The notes: generated by a model from the sequence alone, not told the origin. A stretch of DNA of 54,403 bases from an uncultured Candidatus Bathyarchaeia archaeon (GCA_964562925.1 CAZLVF010000006.1:9319-63721), one strand, 5' to 3'. Positions 45,312 through 53,500 are shown, numbered from the stretch's first letter. A program made the numbers and translations.

Positions 45312-46337
45312 TCAAAGTCTCTGGAACAATTCAATATATCTCTTAGCTATAGCTTCAGCTGAATTCTTCTGAGCGAACTCATCCGCGGCACGGATAGTTT
45401 CCCTCAGCTTTCTTCCTCCTTCGAGAGCTTCGATGAGGCTGGCTTCAAATTCCGTAGCTGTCCTATACTTTAGAACCTCTTTCTTAAAGTCTTCAAAGAA
45501 CGGAGAATCCAAAGCTATGATTGGGCAGCCTGAGCCGAGGCATTGGTGGGCTGTGCTCGAAACGACCGCTTTCTTCTCAGCCCTTCTATGAAGTACGAGG
45601 GCATCGGATGCGTGTAGGTAATCGTAGAGGTTCGTCATATCTGGAGCTTCGTGTCTAATTTCTACCTGAACGCTCTGAACCACTAGATTGGTTGGTGCAT
45701 GAATGCTAACGATCAGGAGCAAGATAGGATAGCGTCTACCAAGACTTGAGATGGTCTCGATCATCTCAAGATCATCTTTAACATGTTGTCCAAATATGAG
45801 TAGGATCTTCTTGTCTAGCGGTAAGCCTAGCCTACGTCTCGCTTCCGTTCTATCTCCCTTCACGACGGGACGACATGGGAAAGGGATTACGTGTATCAGT
45901 TCTTCTGGAAAGACCTCACGAAGGAAGCTCTTGTATCTTTCATTGAAGCAAGCAATAGCGTCCCATTCAAACTGGTAGAATGAAGCATCTGAAGAGAGTT
46001 CAGCGTCATGTATTATGTTCACGGCTCTTGCCTTATCCTTGATGTGGTGAAAGATCTTTCCCAACTCATCTTTCGGTAGCATACCTAGGTCTTGCACAAC
46101 AAAGAATTCGAAGTTGTCTTCCAGTATCGGTCGAGGGTCAAGACCTCTAAGGGTGCCGAAACATCTCGCGACGTAGCTCTCGTCCTTTCCAACGAAAGCG
46201 GTTCCATGAAAGTCCGATCTAAAGAAAGAGTACACCATGAGATCATGTCCCATCTTGACCCATTCTCTGCCAACCAGCTCCGCATGTATCGAGGGCCCTG
46301 CATCAAGGTTCCAGGCGCTCATCATACCAATCTTCAC
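45312..46337 (-). CDS. divergent GT-B-like protein, paralogue B
   Basis: The track ORF runs to 46487. The paralogue alignment starts at the in-frame GTG at 46337: (V)KIGMMSAWNLDAGPSIHAELVGREWVKMGHDL. This is the same GTG/TTG-AAG-AT-GGT-ATG-ATG start context as paralogue A. The C-terminal region is VVSSTAHQCLGSGCPIIALD. It lies 20 nt upstream of the GH130 gene on the same strand. Confidence 0.6.
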   Translation of the reverse strand: MKIGMMSAWNLDAGPSIHAELVGREWVKMGHDLMVYSFFRSDFHGTAFVGKDESYVARCFGTLRGLDPRPILEDNFEFFVVQDLGMLPKDELGKIFHHIKDKARAVNIIHDAELSSDASFYQFEWDAIACFNERYKSFLREVFPEELIHVIPFPCRPVVKGDRTEARRRLGLPLDKKILLIFGQHVKDDLEMIETISSLGRRYPILLLIVSIHAPTNLVVQSVQVEIRHEAPDMTNLYDYLHASDALVLHRRAEKKAVVSSTAHQCLGSGCPIIALDSPFFEDFKKEVLKYRTATEFEASLIEALEGGRKLRETIRAADEFAQKNSAEAIAKRYIELFQRL

Positions 46338-46523
46338 AAAACACACCGAGTCAGGGCCCATTTTCAATCTAATAAATTGTTTACCGAGGAGGAAAGGAGC
46401 ATAGTTAAGCGATAGCTTTGGGCAAGGTTGCAGCGTTACGCCTATCGGTCTTCCACATATAGTTTTAGAAGCTGCATGTATCCACAATGAATATTTTCAT
46501 CGACTGATGAAACGAGGCCTGCG

Positions 46524-47435
46524 ATGAAGGCTATGGCTTTGCCATCAAATGTCTATGACGTGGTGGGTGAGATTGAGAAAGATACGCATCGTGGAGCGAG
46601 AGAACTGACTGTCGTGGCCCTTGAAGGGTTGCGGCGTTCGATCAAGCAGTTTCAAGCAAGCAACGAACAGGAGCTAACCGGGTTTCTGTTGACCGCAGCG
46701 AGAGCCTTCGCTCAAGCTAGGCCTAGTATGATCTCGATAACGAACAGCATGTCCACCGTGGTTTACGATGTATTGAGGCATGCCGTTGTTCAGGGAGGAT
46801 TAAGAGAATGTGTGCTGCACATGATAGATGAGCAATTGACAAGGTTGGAGAAAGCTTTTGGTAACGTCATTTCAAATGCGGCAAATCTTGTAAAGCATAA
46901 TAGCACAGTCATAACATGCAGCTACAGTTCAACTGTACTCGAAACTTTGATCGGGATTGGGAGGACTGGCCGATCATTTAAGGTTCTAGCCCTCCCTTCG
47001 CCTTCTCTCAATGAATCGATAGAGTACGGCGTTCTGATGTGTGAGAGACTACACGATGCGGGTATACGAGCCGCCGTCATAGGGGAAGAGATGATTGAAA
47101 AACATGTTCGATTTGTGGACATCGCGTTGGTAGGAGCTGACTCGATACTCCCGGATGGATCTGTAATAAATGGGTCGCCCACGTTACGACTGGCAAGAGA
47201 ATCTTCAAATTGTAACAAACAGTTTTGCGTTGCATCTGAGACTTGGAAGATCAACCCGCTACCTCTACTTGACATTAAGCCCCCAATAGAGAAGGGTATG
47301 GAGAGGATCCCTTCCGACCTCGTCACGACATTCGCTACGGAGGATGGACTGATAGCGCCAAAAGATATCTGTTCTTACGCTAGGAAGTTCTCAAAGCGTT
47401 TACGAGCGATCCAAGACGAATGGAGGCTCGGTTGA
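46524..47435 (+). CDS. eIF-2B alpha/beta/delta family protein (sugar-phosphate isomerase-like)
   Basis: Contains RGARELTVVAL, ARPSMISITN, ITCSYSSTVLETL and VDIALVGADSILPDGSVINGSPT, the IF-2B family pattern. That family includes MTR-1-P and ribose-1,5-bisphosphate isomerases, and the subfamily is not resolvable by eye. Confidence 0.8.
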   Translation: MKAMALPSNVYDVVGEIEKDTHRGARELTVVALEGLRRSIKQFQASNEQELTGFLLTAARAFAQARPSMISITNSMSTVVYDVLRHAVVQGGLRECVLHMIDEQLTRLEKAFGNVISNAANLVKHNSTVITCSYSSTVLETLIGIGRTGRSFKVLALPSPSLNESIEYGVLMCERLHDAGIRAAVIGEEMIEKHVRFVDIALVGADSILPDGSVINGSPTLRLARESSNCNKQFCVASETWKINPLPLLDIKPPIEKGMERIPSDLVTTFATEDGLIAPKDICSYARKFSKRLRAIQDEWRLG

Positions 47436-47703
47436 CGTTTATCGTCTCTCACAAAAAAGCTGCTACCTAGAGACACGCTTTTCGAATCATTGGAAGACGC
47501 TGGTAGCCGGTCGATGCGGGGGCCTGTGGAAGACGTGCATCGGCTTGGATGATTAAGAGCTCCAAACCATTTCTCCATGATAATCGCACAAGATGCCTGA
47601 GAGAGCTACGTTTCGGAAACTTGAGGTTGAATGGGCCATGAGAGAATAGGACTGTTATCAAATGGACGAGTGCAGTTAGCCAGAATATTTCGGTTGGTGA
47701 GCG

Positions 47704-47856
47704 TGGCGCCGCCGAGAGGATTCGGACCTCTGACCAACGGGTCTCTGTTCCCGTTGTCCCACGGGATTAACAGCTTCAGCCTAGACCCTTCTTGGGTTAG
47801 TCCGCTGCTCTACCACTGAGCTTTCGTCTATTCAGTTGGTTTGAATAAACGGCGGC
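47704..47856 (-). tRNA. candidate tRNA-Phe(GAA) with three putative introns and encoded CCA
   Basis: The minus-strand read is GCCGCCG-T-[26 nt]-A-GCTC-AGTGGTA-GAGC-A-GCGG-[21 nt]-G-CTGAAG-[31 nt]-A-CCCGT-TGGTC-AGAGG-TCCGAAT-CCTCT-CGGCGGC-G-CCA. Removing the bracketed segments (47823-47848, 47781-47801, 47743-47773) gives a 75-nt cloverleaf with the anticodon loop CTGAAGA. Caveats: the T-loop has C at position 55, the discriminator is G, and the intron boundaries were placed by hand. Confidence 0.5.
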
Positions 47857-47896
47857 TCGTTGCCGGCGGCACCGTTCAAGTTGAAAATTGTTAGCG

Positions 47897-48649
47897 CTAT
47901 TTAAGTCTTGGTCGCAGTTTTGATCGTTGTCCATACTCAGTTTCGATGTACCTCCTTATCCTTGTGGCCTGTATCCGTGGAATAAGCTTGGGTTCAGCGA
48001 ATGTTGCTGCCAGATAGGTTAACTTGGCATTCTCCTCTATTGCTATTGTAGTGTTCAACGCTTCGTTAAGGTCTGACCCGACTGTAACTAGGCCGTGATT
48101 CGCGAGAAGAACCCCTACACGATCCCGTAAGACCATTACAACCTCTTTCCCAAGCTCCCGCGTTCCAGGAATAACAAATCTTGTAACAGGAACATCTGAA
48201 CCGACCAGTCCAGCCATCTCGATCGTCACCAACGGAATCTTCCTCCTCGCGATCGCGAACGCGGTTGCGTATACGGGATGCGTATGGATTATCGCGTTCA
48301 CATTTCGCCGTCGGCGATATATCTCGAGATGAGTCGGGGTTTCGGATGTAGGCTTAAGTCTTCCTTCTAGAACCTTACCGTTGAGGCCTATGACGCAAAT
48401 TTCTCTTTCCCTTAGAGTGTTCTTCGCCAGTCCGCTCGGCGTGACTAGAATGCGGCTCGAACGCGGTAGCCTAGCGCTAATATTGCCTAGCGCGTATGAT
48501 CCAAGAAAAGAAATCAAACCTAGTTTGCCCAAGATCCTGCCGGTCTCAACAATCTCTTTTCTAAGAAGATCTTCCTTGGGAGATACGTCTTCTCTGCGTC
48601 CCATACGCAGCCGAGACAGCTTGCCCAAGAGTATTACCCAGAGCTTCAC
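47897..48649 (-). CDS. class II aldolase/adducin-family protein (FucA / MtnB-like)
   Basis: GNISARL, LVTPSGL, KPTSETPTHLEIYRRR.NVNAIIHTHPVYATAF and LLANHGLVTVG are the class II aldolase zinc-site pattern. A likely true start is Met16 at 48604. Confidence 0.85.
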   Translation of the reverse strand: MKLWVILLGKLSRLRMGRREDVSPKEDLLRKEIVETGRILGKLGLISFLGSYALGNISARLPRSSRILVTPSGLAKNTLREREICVIGLNGKVLEGRLKPTSETPTHLEIYRRRRNVNAIIHTHPVYATAFAIARRKIPLVTIEMAGLVGSDVPVTRFVIPGTRELGKEVVMVLRDRVGVLLANHGLVTVGSDLNEALNTTIAIEENAKLTYLAATFAEPKLIPRIQATRIRRYIETEYGQRSKLRPRLK

Positions 48650-48764
48650 ATCTTTCTATGTCAGACAAAGCAATAATCATGGTGGAATACATACGCTCTC
48701 ATAACCTTGATCTACGCGTGGCTGTAAGAACCGCTTTTATCCCATCAGGACCAAACTAGAGACC

Positions 48765-49139
48765 ATGAAAATAACCTATGAGTCAGCGCCCGATGTGGAA
48801 GTGCTTGTGAACGAGATTATATCGGGACTGAATTTTACGCACATCAAATCTTCCCGTGTTGCGTGTGTAAGAAGTATGGGTTCAAAGTCGCGAAGAACCA
48901 TCGCCAGAATCTATGGTCTATCCAAGATCTGGCAAAAGGCCCTGAACCTAGAGGCAAGCTATGTTATCGAGGTCCTCTCTGAACGGTACGATAAGCTTGA
49001 TCAGGAAGGTAGAGAGAAAGTTCTTATTCACGAGCTTCTGCACATCCCATTCTCTTTTGGCGGCGGGTTCAGAGGTCATTTAGGCTGGATAAGCGATCGT
49101 AAGATAGATCGGCTTCATCAACTCTTGAAAAGCAGCTGA
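48765..49139 (+). CDS. putative zinc metallopeptidase (COG4900-like)
   Basis: 124 aa with VLIHELLHIP (HExxH) followed by GGGFRGH. The family name is from memory. Confidence 0.65.
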   Translation: MKITYESAPDVEVLVNEIISGLNFTHIKSSRVACVRSMGSKSRRTIARIYGLSKIWQKALNLEASYVIEVLSERYDKLDQEGREKVLIHELLHIPFSFGGGFRGHLGWISDRKIDRLHQLLKSS

Positions 49140-49329
49140 GCTAAGAAACAGGCAAAGACAAGACCGAAAACGGTCGGCGTTATCAAGCCGACTTATCTCT
49201 AAATCTAGAATTGTGTGATCCCTTCTACTTCAGAACTTCATTTAGAGACATTGCAGCGTGAGCGAGGACACAAAGAATCTCAAAGACCAAGAAAAACTAT
49301 TATGGTGGATGTTTGCATTCAGAACGCGA

Positions 49330-49416
49330 GGGCCCGTAGCTCAGCTAGGTCAGAGCGACAGAACAAGGTCGAAGCTCATAACCTGCTGGTCCCCGGTTCG
49401 AATCCGGGCGGGCCCA
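49330..49416 (+). tRNA. tRNA-Met/Ile2 (CAT anticodon) with a putative 12-nt non-canonical intron
   Basis: The read is GGGCCCG-TA-GCTC-AGCTAGGTCA-GAGC-G-ACAG-[AACAAGGTCGAA, 49362-49373]-G-CTCATAA-CCTGC-TGGTC-CCCGG-TTCGAAT-CCGGG-CGGGCCC-A. The acceptor, D and T arms are perfect. The anticodon arm closes only if 12 nt are removed between positions 30 and 31, which leaves an A27:C43 mismatch. No CCA is encoded. Confidence 0.7.
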
Positions 49417-49548
49417 CAGACCAGTCTAAGTTGTGATATCGTAGTCCGCGTTTCGGCTGAGCCTGGGGCTGGCAGCCCAGAGTAGTTACAGAGGCTGTTA
49501 TGCATGGGGGAAGATGAGATCTGGGCTCAACTGGATGTTGTGGACATG

Positions 49549-49938
49549 CTAGATCAAATAAACTTCGGGTAGACCTCGAAAATGGGGGTCGCCAGTGACA
49601 ACCTTTCCGTTCCTTTTCCTTGCTGTCGAGAGTACAATCGAATCGGATAAGCCCCAGCCAGGGGTTCGCCTTTTCATAACAACATCCACCTTGGCCGCTT
49701 CCACCGCCAACTCTTCGGTCAGCGCGACGAGGGCGCTTCTTGACTTTATGAAAGCTCTGCGGAGCTCCGCCTTCTCCTGATCCTCAGTCCTCAGAACCTT
49801 CGCATATATCTCTGCCAAACATATCGATGGCGTGAGCTTCTCATCGGCCTCAGAGTCTACGATCGCTTTGACCTTCTTGCCCGCGTCAGTGCCCATAAAA
49901 TACTCTAGCCACGCGAAGGAGTCGATGACGTATCTCAA
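49549..49938 (-). CDS. vapC: PIN-domain toxin VapC
   Basis: 129 aa. MRYVIDSFAWLEYF (the first acidic Asp), ...CLAEIY..., LSDSIVLSTA and GDPHF fit the PIN fold. Its start overlaps the upstream antitoxin stop by 4 nt. Confidence 0.85.
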   Translation of the reverse strand: MRYVIDSFAWLEYFMGTDAGKKVKAIVDSEADEKLTPSICLAEIYAKVLRTEDQEKAELRRAFIKSRSALVALTEELAVEAAKVDVVMKRRTPGWGLSDSIVLSTARKRNGKVVTGDPHFRGLPEVYLI

Positions 49939-50120
49939 ACACGATCCCTGTGATCTCTCAGGTCTCTCAGAGAAGCCTTCTCCATGGTACCAAACATGCT
50001 CTCCCCCTTCAACAAGGCCTCAGCCAAGATCGCGTTAATGGCCTCCGAGAGCCCTCTCGGCCCATACTTGCGTCTGAGGATCTCATACAGGTCCTCTCTA
50101 AGCGTGACCGTCGTCTTCAT
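49935..50120 (-). CDS. vapB: VapB-type antitoxin (61 aa)
   Basis: From the internal ATG at 50120: MKTTVTLREDLYEILRRKYGPRGLSEAINAILAEALLK..., a ribbon-helix-helix-like N-terminus. The track ORF extends to 50180. Confidence 0.6.
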   Translation of the reverse strand: MKTTVTLREDLYEILRRKYGPRGLSEAINAILAEALLKGESMFGTMEKASLRDLRDHRDRV

Positions 50121-50289
50121 AAACCGTGCTCCAAAACGTAAACTTAAACATAGACATTTAAGTCTTTCCGTTGCGATCAAGCTGGCCCACGCAATCCGAC
50201 CTGAACCCTGAAGTATTCCTTGACGTAGTGAGAAAGACTCTCAAATTATAGCATCCCAATTTCAGAACCAAACCTAACAACAAAAACGC

Positions 50290-50309
50290 TTCGATTCCGG
50301 GCGGGTCCA
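50290..50309 (+). repeat. degenerate direct repeat of the tRNA-Met 3' end (att-like)
   Basis: TTCGATTCCGGGCGGGTCCA matches TTCGAATCCGGGCGGGCCCA (49397-49416, T-loop plus 3' acceptor strand) at 18 of 20 positions in the same orientation. Confidence 0.5.
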
Positions 50310-50419
50310 TCACAAAAACCCTCTGGTCCAGAGAAGATTGTGCGGTTCTATCCTACTTTGGTTTCTAAAGCCAATCCACAATGCGCCCAAGGTCGAATAG
50401 ACGCTAAAACAAGAACAAT

Positions 50420-50866
50420 CTAATGCCTAGCCCAGAGTTTTTCGGCGCGGGTTTCTATCCATTTCGTCACTTTCTTCTCTGTTACTTGATCGGCTTCGTC
50501 TTGCTCCTTTAGTTTCTGTTCGATAGTCTTTAGAAGCTCTTCAGGGTTTACGGGTTTCATGAGGTACGCGTCGGCTCTTAGGTTCAAGGCTTTGACAGCG
50601 TTTTCCATTGAGGGGTAGCCTGTAATTATGATCTTAATTGTCTCAGGAAGGTGACCGTTGATTGTTCTGAGCAGTTCTGTGCCTTCCATGTCAGGAAGTT
50701 TGATGTCTAGCAACGCGAGGTCGTAGTACTGAGCGCTGGATTTCTCTAGAGCTTCTTTGCCGGTTTCTGCTGTATCAATCTTGTAGCCCTCTGTTTGAAG
50801 AATTTCGGTCAAACTCTTGAGTAGCGATTTGTCATCGTCAACTATTAGGATGCGTTTCTTTTCCAA
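50420..50866 (-). CDS. CheY-like response regulator (receiver domain only)
   Basis: Contains KRILIVDDDKSLLKSLTEIL, DLALLDIKLPDMEGTELL and ITGY....A.....ADAYLMKP. A likely TTG start at 50866 is preceded by GAGGTGAT. The track ORF extends into the kinase gene. Confidence 0.9.
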   Translation of the reverse strand: MEKKRILIVDDDKSLLKSLTEILQTEGYKIDTAETGKEALEKSSAQYYDLALLDIKLPDMEGTELLRTINGHLPETIKIIITGYPSMENAVKALNLRADAYLMKPVNPEELLKTIEQKLKEQDEADQVTEKKVTKWIETRAEKLWARH

Positions 50867-50873
50867 TTCTATA

Positions 50874-53384
50874 TCACCTCTTTCTGAGCGGTAGTCTAAC
50901 TGTGAAGGTTGATCCTTCGCCCATCTTACTCTCAACTGTAATGGTGCCATCATGCGCTTCTACCAGTCGTTTAGAGACGGGCAACCCAAATCCTGCTCCT
51001 TTGCTCTTGGTAGTGAAAAGTGGAACAAAGATCTTGTTCATGTTCTCTTGTGGTATTCCCACCCCTGTATCCTGTATACTAATTAGAGCAGCGTCCTCCG
51101 TCTCTGAAGCTCTTATGGTGAGTTTACCTCTATTGGGCATAGCTTGAATGGCGTTTGTGACTAGGTTGGCGAATACCCGCCTCATCAACGTAGGGTCGAT
51201 CTTGAGTTTCGGAAAGTTCTTGTCAATTATTCTAGAAGCCTTCACAGTCTCAGGGACTGTGATCGTTGAGAATGTGTCGTCGAGGAGCTGATTCAGACTG
51301 GTTTCAACAGGTTCAGGGCGTATGGGTCTCGCGTAATCCTGCAGATTAGAAACAATCTTGTTCATGTATTCCATCTGTTCCCTCAGATCGTTAAACAGAC
51401 CCTCCAAACCAAGTTTCGTCGCCACCTCCGAATACGGGAAGGCCAAGTTCTTCACAGCCTTATTGGCTAGAAAGAGTCTGTTAACCATCACCTGCAACGG
51501 GTTGCGCAGATCATGCCCCACCATTGCTGCCGCTTCACCGATAGCAGCCATTCGCTCACTCTGGAGAAGCCGCTGCTCCATCCGCTTGCGCTCAGTGATG
51601 TCCCTGAAAACACCAACCAGATACGTTTTTCCACCCAACGTTGTCGGTGATGCGCCAACATCAACGTAGAAAATGCTGCCATCCCTTCTTTTCACAGGAA
51701 TATCCTTGGCCAGCGTAATCTCTTTCTTCGCCGCTCTTTCAAACTGTTCTAGTACATATGGGAGGCTATTCTTGGGATGGATATCCAAAACTCCAATATC
51801 CCTGAGCTCTTTACGACTATGTCCTATCATTTCGCAAAACGCTTTGTTACCATCAAAGAATTTTTTGTCTTCTACACTCACCAAATGTATCCCGTCGATT
51901 GCATTGTCATAAATGGTTCTGAACTTTTCCTCTGACTCGCGTAGTTCCCTACTTCTCTCTTCAACCAACTCTTCCAAATGCTTGCTCTGTTCTCTAAGCG
52001 CATCTTCCATACGCTTAGTTTCGGTCATATCGAAGCTCACTTCTAGTACGAGTGATGAGCCATCTACATCAGTGAAAGGATAATCGTAGATCCTATGAAT
52101 CCGGCCGTCAACGCGCGTGTGCTCCCATTCCTGAGGCTTTCCAGTATCGAAAACACGGAATGTCATACAGTCATCACAGGGTTGACTTCTTCCATGAAGT
52201 AATTCGTAACAGGGGTCTGCCTTCGAGTCGCCATAATGCTCTCGGAAGATACGGTTTGAAAACCGAATCGAATAATCTGGGGCAACGAGACAAATCGGTG
52301 CTGGCAACTCTTCCAGAAGGGAGTAGAGTCTTTTCCGCTCGCGTCTCAGCGCATCCTCCATCCGCTCACGTTCGGTGATGTCTGTGTCTGCGCCTCTGTA
52401 TCCTAGAAGGCTTCCTTTCTCGTCGAGTATAGGAGACCCACTTGTTGAGAGCCAGACGGTCTTACCGTTCTTGTGCATGTTCCGGTTTACGAAATCGCGG
52501 AAGGCTTTCTTTTCTGCGAATACTTCAAACGCAGCGCTCTTAAGTTCCTCCCGGTCATCGGGATGGAAGAAGTCATAGAAATGTTTTCCAAGCACTTCCT
52601 CTTGCTTGTATCCTAAAATCTTTTCAACAACAGGACTCGCGTAAACGTATTTCCCCTTACTGTCAACCTCCCAAATCCACTCTAAGGCATTCTCCGAAAC
52701 ATCCCTAAACCTTCTCTCGCTATTTCGCAGCTCTGCCTCCACCCGTTTACGCTCAAGAGCGTCTCCGATAATCTTGGAACATACCCTGAGAAGTGCTAGA
52801 TCACTATCGCTCCACCGTCCAGTTCCAATGACGTTGTCAAAACCTATGAACCCAGCGAGCTCTCCTCCAATATTGAGGGGTAGTACCAGAAGCGATCTTA
52901 TGTCCTGATCTTCCAGCAGTATTTTTCGTTCGGTTCTTACTTCTACAGGCATTTTTGAAGCATTTTCAATTTGAATAATCTCTCCTTTGCGGAGTTTTGT
53001 CATCCACCAAGGAAACTTGTCTGTAGAGAGGTTCTGTAGATTATTGATTTGCCGGCTCACGCCTTCAGCACACCATTCATGTGTGTTATCCATGATGGTT
53101 CCATTATCGCGGAACAGAAAGAGGTAAGATCGGCTTGCCCTGCTCAAACGGCCTATATCGGCTAGTGAAGCGTTGATAGCTGTATCAACGTCCAAAACAC
53201 CGACGAAACTGGATGATATTTTGGAAACAGTTTCTTCAAATTCCAACCTGTGTAGGATGGCTTGTTCTGCCAGCTTGCGGTCGGTAATGTCAATGAGAAT
53301 GACCGCATCTGCCGGTTTTCCTTGGAAAAGGATCTTCTGTGCGTGAACTATCACGGGGATCTCGGAACCGTCTCGTCCTGACAA
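50874..53384 (-). CDS. multi-PAS/GAF sensor histidine kinase (downstream part of a frameshift-split gene)
   Basis: It has several PAS-type repeats each ending in DITERK/DMTETKR, and a GAF-like segment. The H-box is AAMVGHDLRNPLQ, the N-box FANLVTNAIQA, G1 IQDTGVGI, and G2 SKGAGFGLPVSK. The N-terminus begins in mid-PAS. Confidence 0.9.
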   Translation of the reverse strand: MSGRDGSEIPVIVHAQKILFQGKPADAVILIDITDRKLAEQAILHRLEFEETVSKISSSFVGVLDVDTAINASLADIGRLSRASRSYLFLFRDNGTIMDNTHEWCAEGVSRQINNLQNLSTDKFPWWMTKLRKGEIIQIENASKMPVEVRTERKILLEDQDIRSLLVLPLNIGGELAGFIGFDNVIGTGRWSDSDLALLRVCSKIIGDALERKRVEAELRNSERRFRDVSENALEWIWEVDSKGKYVYASPVVEKILGYKQEEVLGKHFYDFFHPDDREELKSAAFEVFAEKKAFRDFVNRNMHKNGKTVWLSTSGSPILDEKGSLLGYRGADTDITERERMEDALRRERKRLYSLLEELPAPICLVAPDYSIRFSNRIFREHYGDSKADPCYELLHGRSQPCDDCMTFRVFDTGKPQEWEHTRVDGRIHRIYDYPFTDVDGSSLVLEVSFDMTETKRMEDALREQSKHLEELVEERSRELRESEEKFRTIYDNAIDGIHLVSVEDKKFFDGNKAFCEMIGHSRKELRDIGVLDIHPKNSLPYVLEQFERAAKKEITLAKDIPVKRRDGSIFYVDVGASPTTLGGKTYLVGVFRDITERKRMEQRLLQSERMAAIGEAAAMVGHDLRNPLQVMVNRLFLANKAVKNLAFPYSEVATKLGLEGLFNDLREQMEYMNKIVSNLQDYARPIRPEPVETSLNQLLDDTFSTITVPETVKASRIIDKNFPKLKIDPTLMRRVFANLVTNAIQAMPNRGKLTIRASETEDAALISIQDTGVGIPQENMNKIFVPLFTTKSKGAGFGLPVSKRLVEAHDGTITVESKMGEGSTFTVRLPLRKR

Positions 53385-53500
53385 GTTAATCTCGTATGGC
53401 GGAATGGCTTCTCCGCGTAACCTCTTCGCTATATTCGCCTTTACCAGATTTCGAAATTCCTTTGAAACTGCCTTTTCAATAAAGTTGAATGATGGAGAGG

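Noticed and set aside
47864-47870. The distal GCCGCCG heptamer as the true 5' end of the tRNA-Phe candidate.
   Set aside because: It is not followed by the U8 context. Using it would require a 42-nt insert that contains a second perfect acceptor heptamer, so the proximal copy (47850-47856) gives the simpler model.
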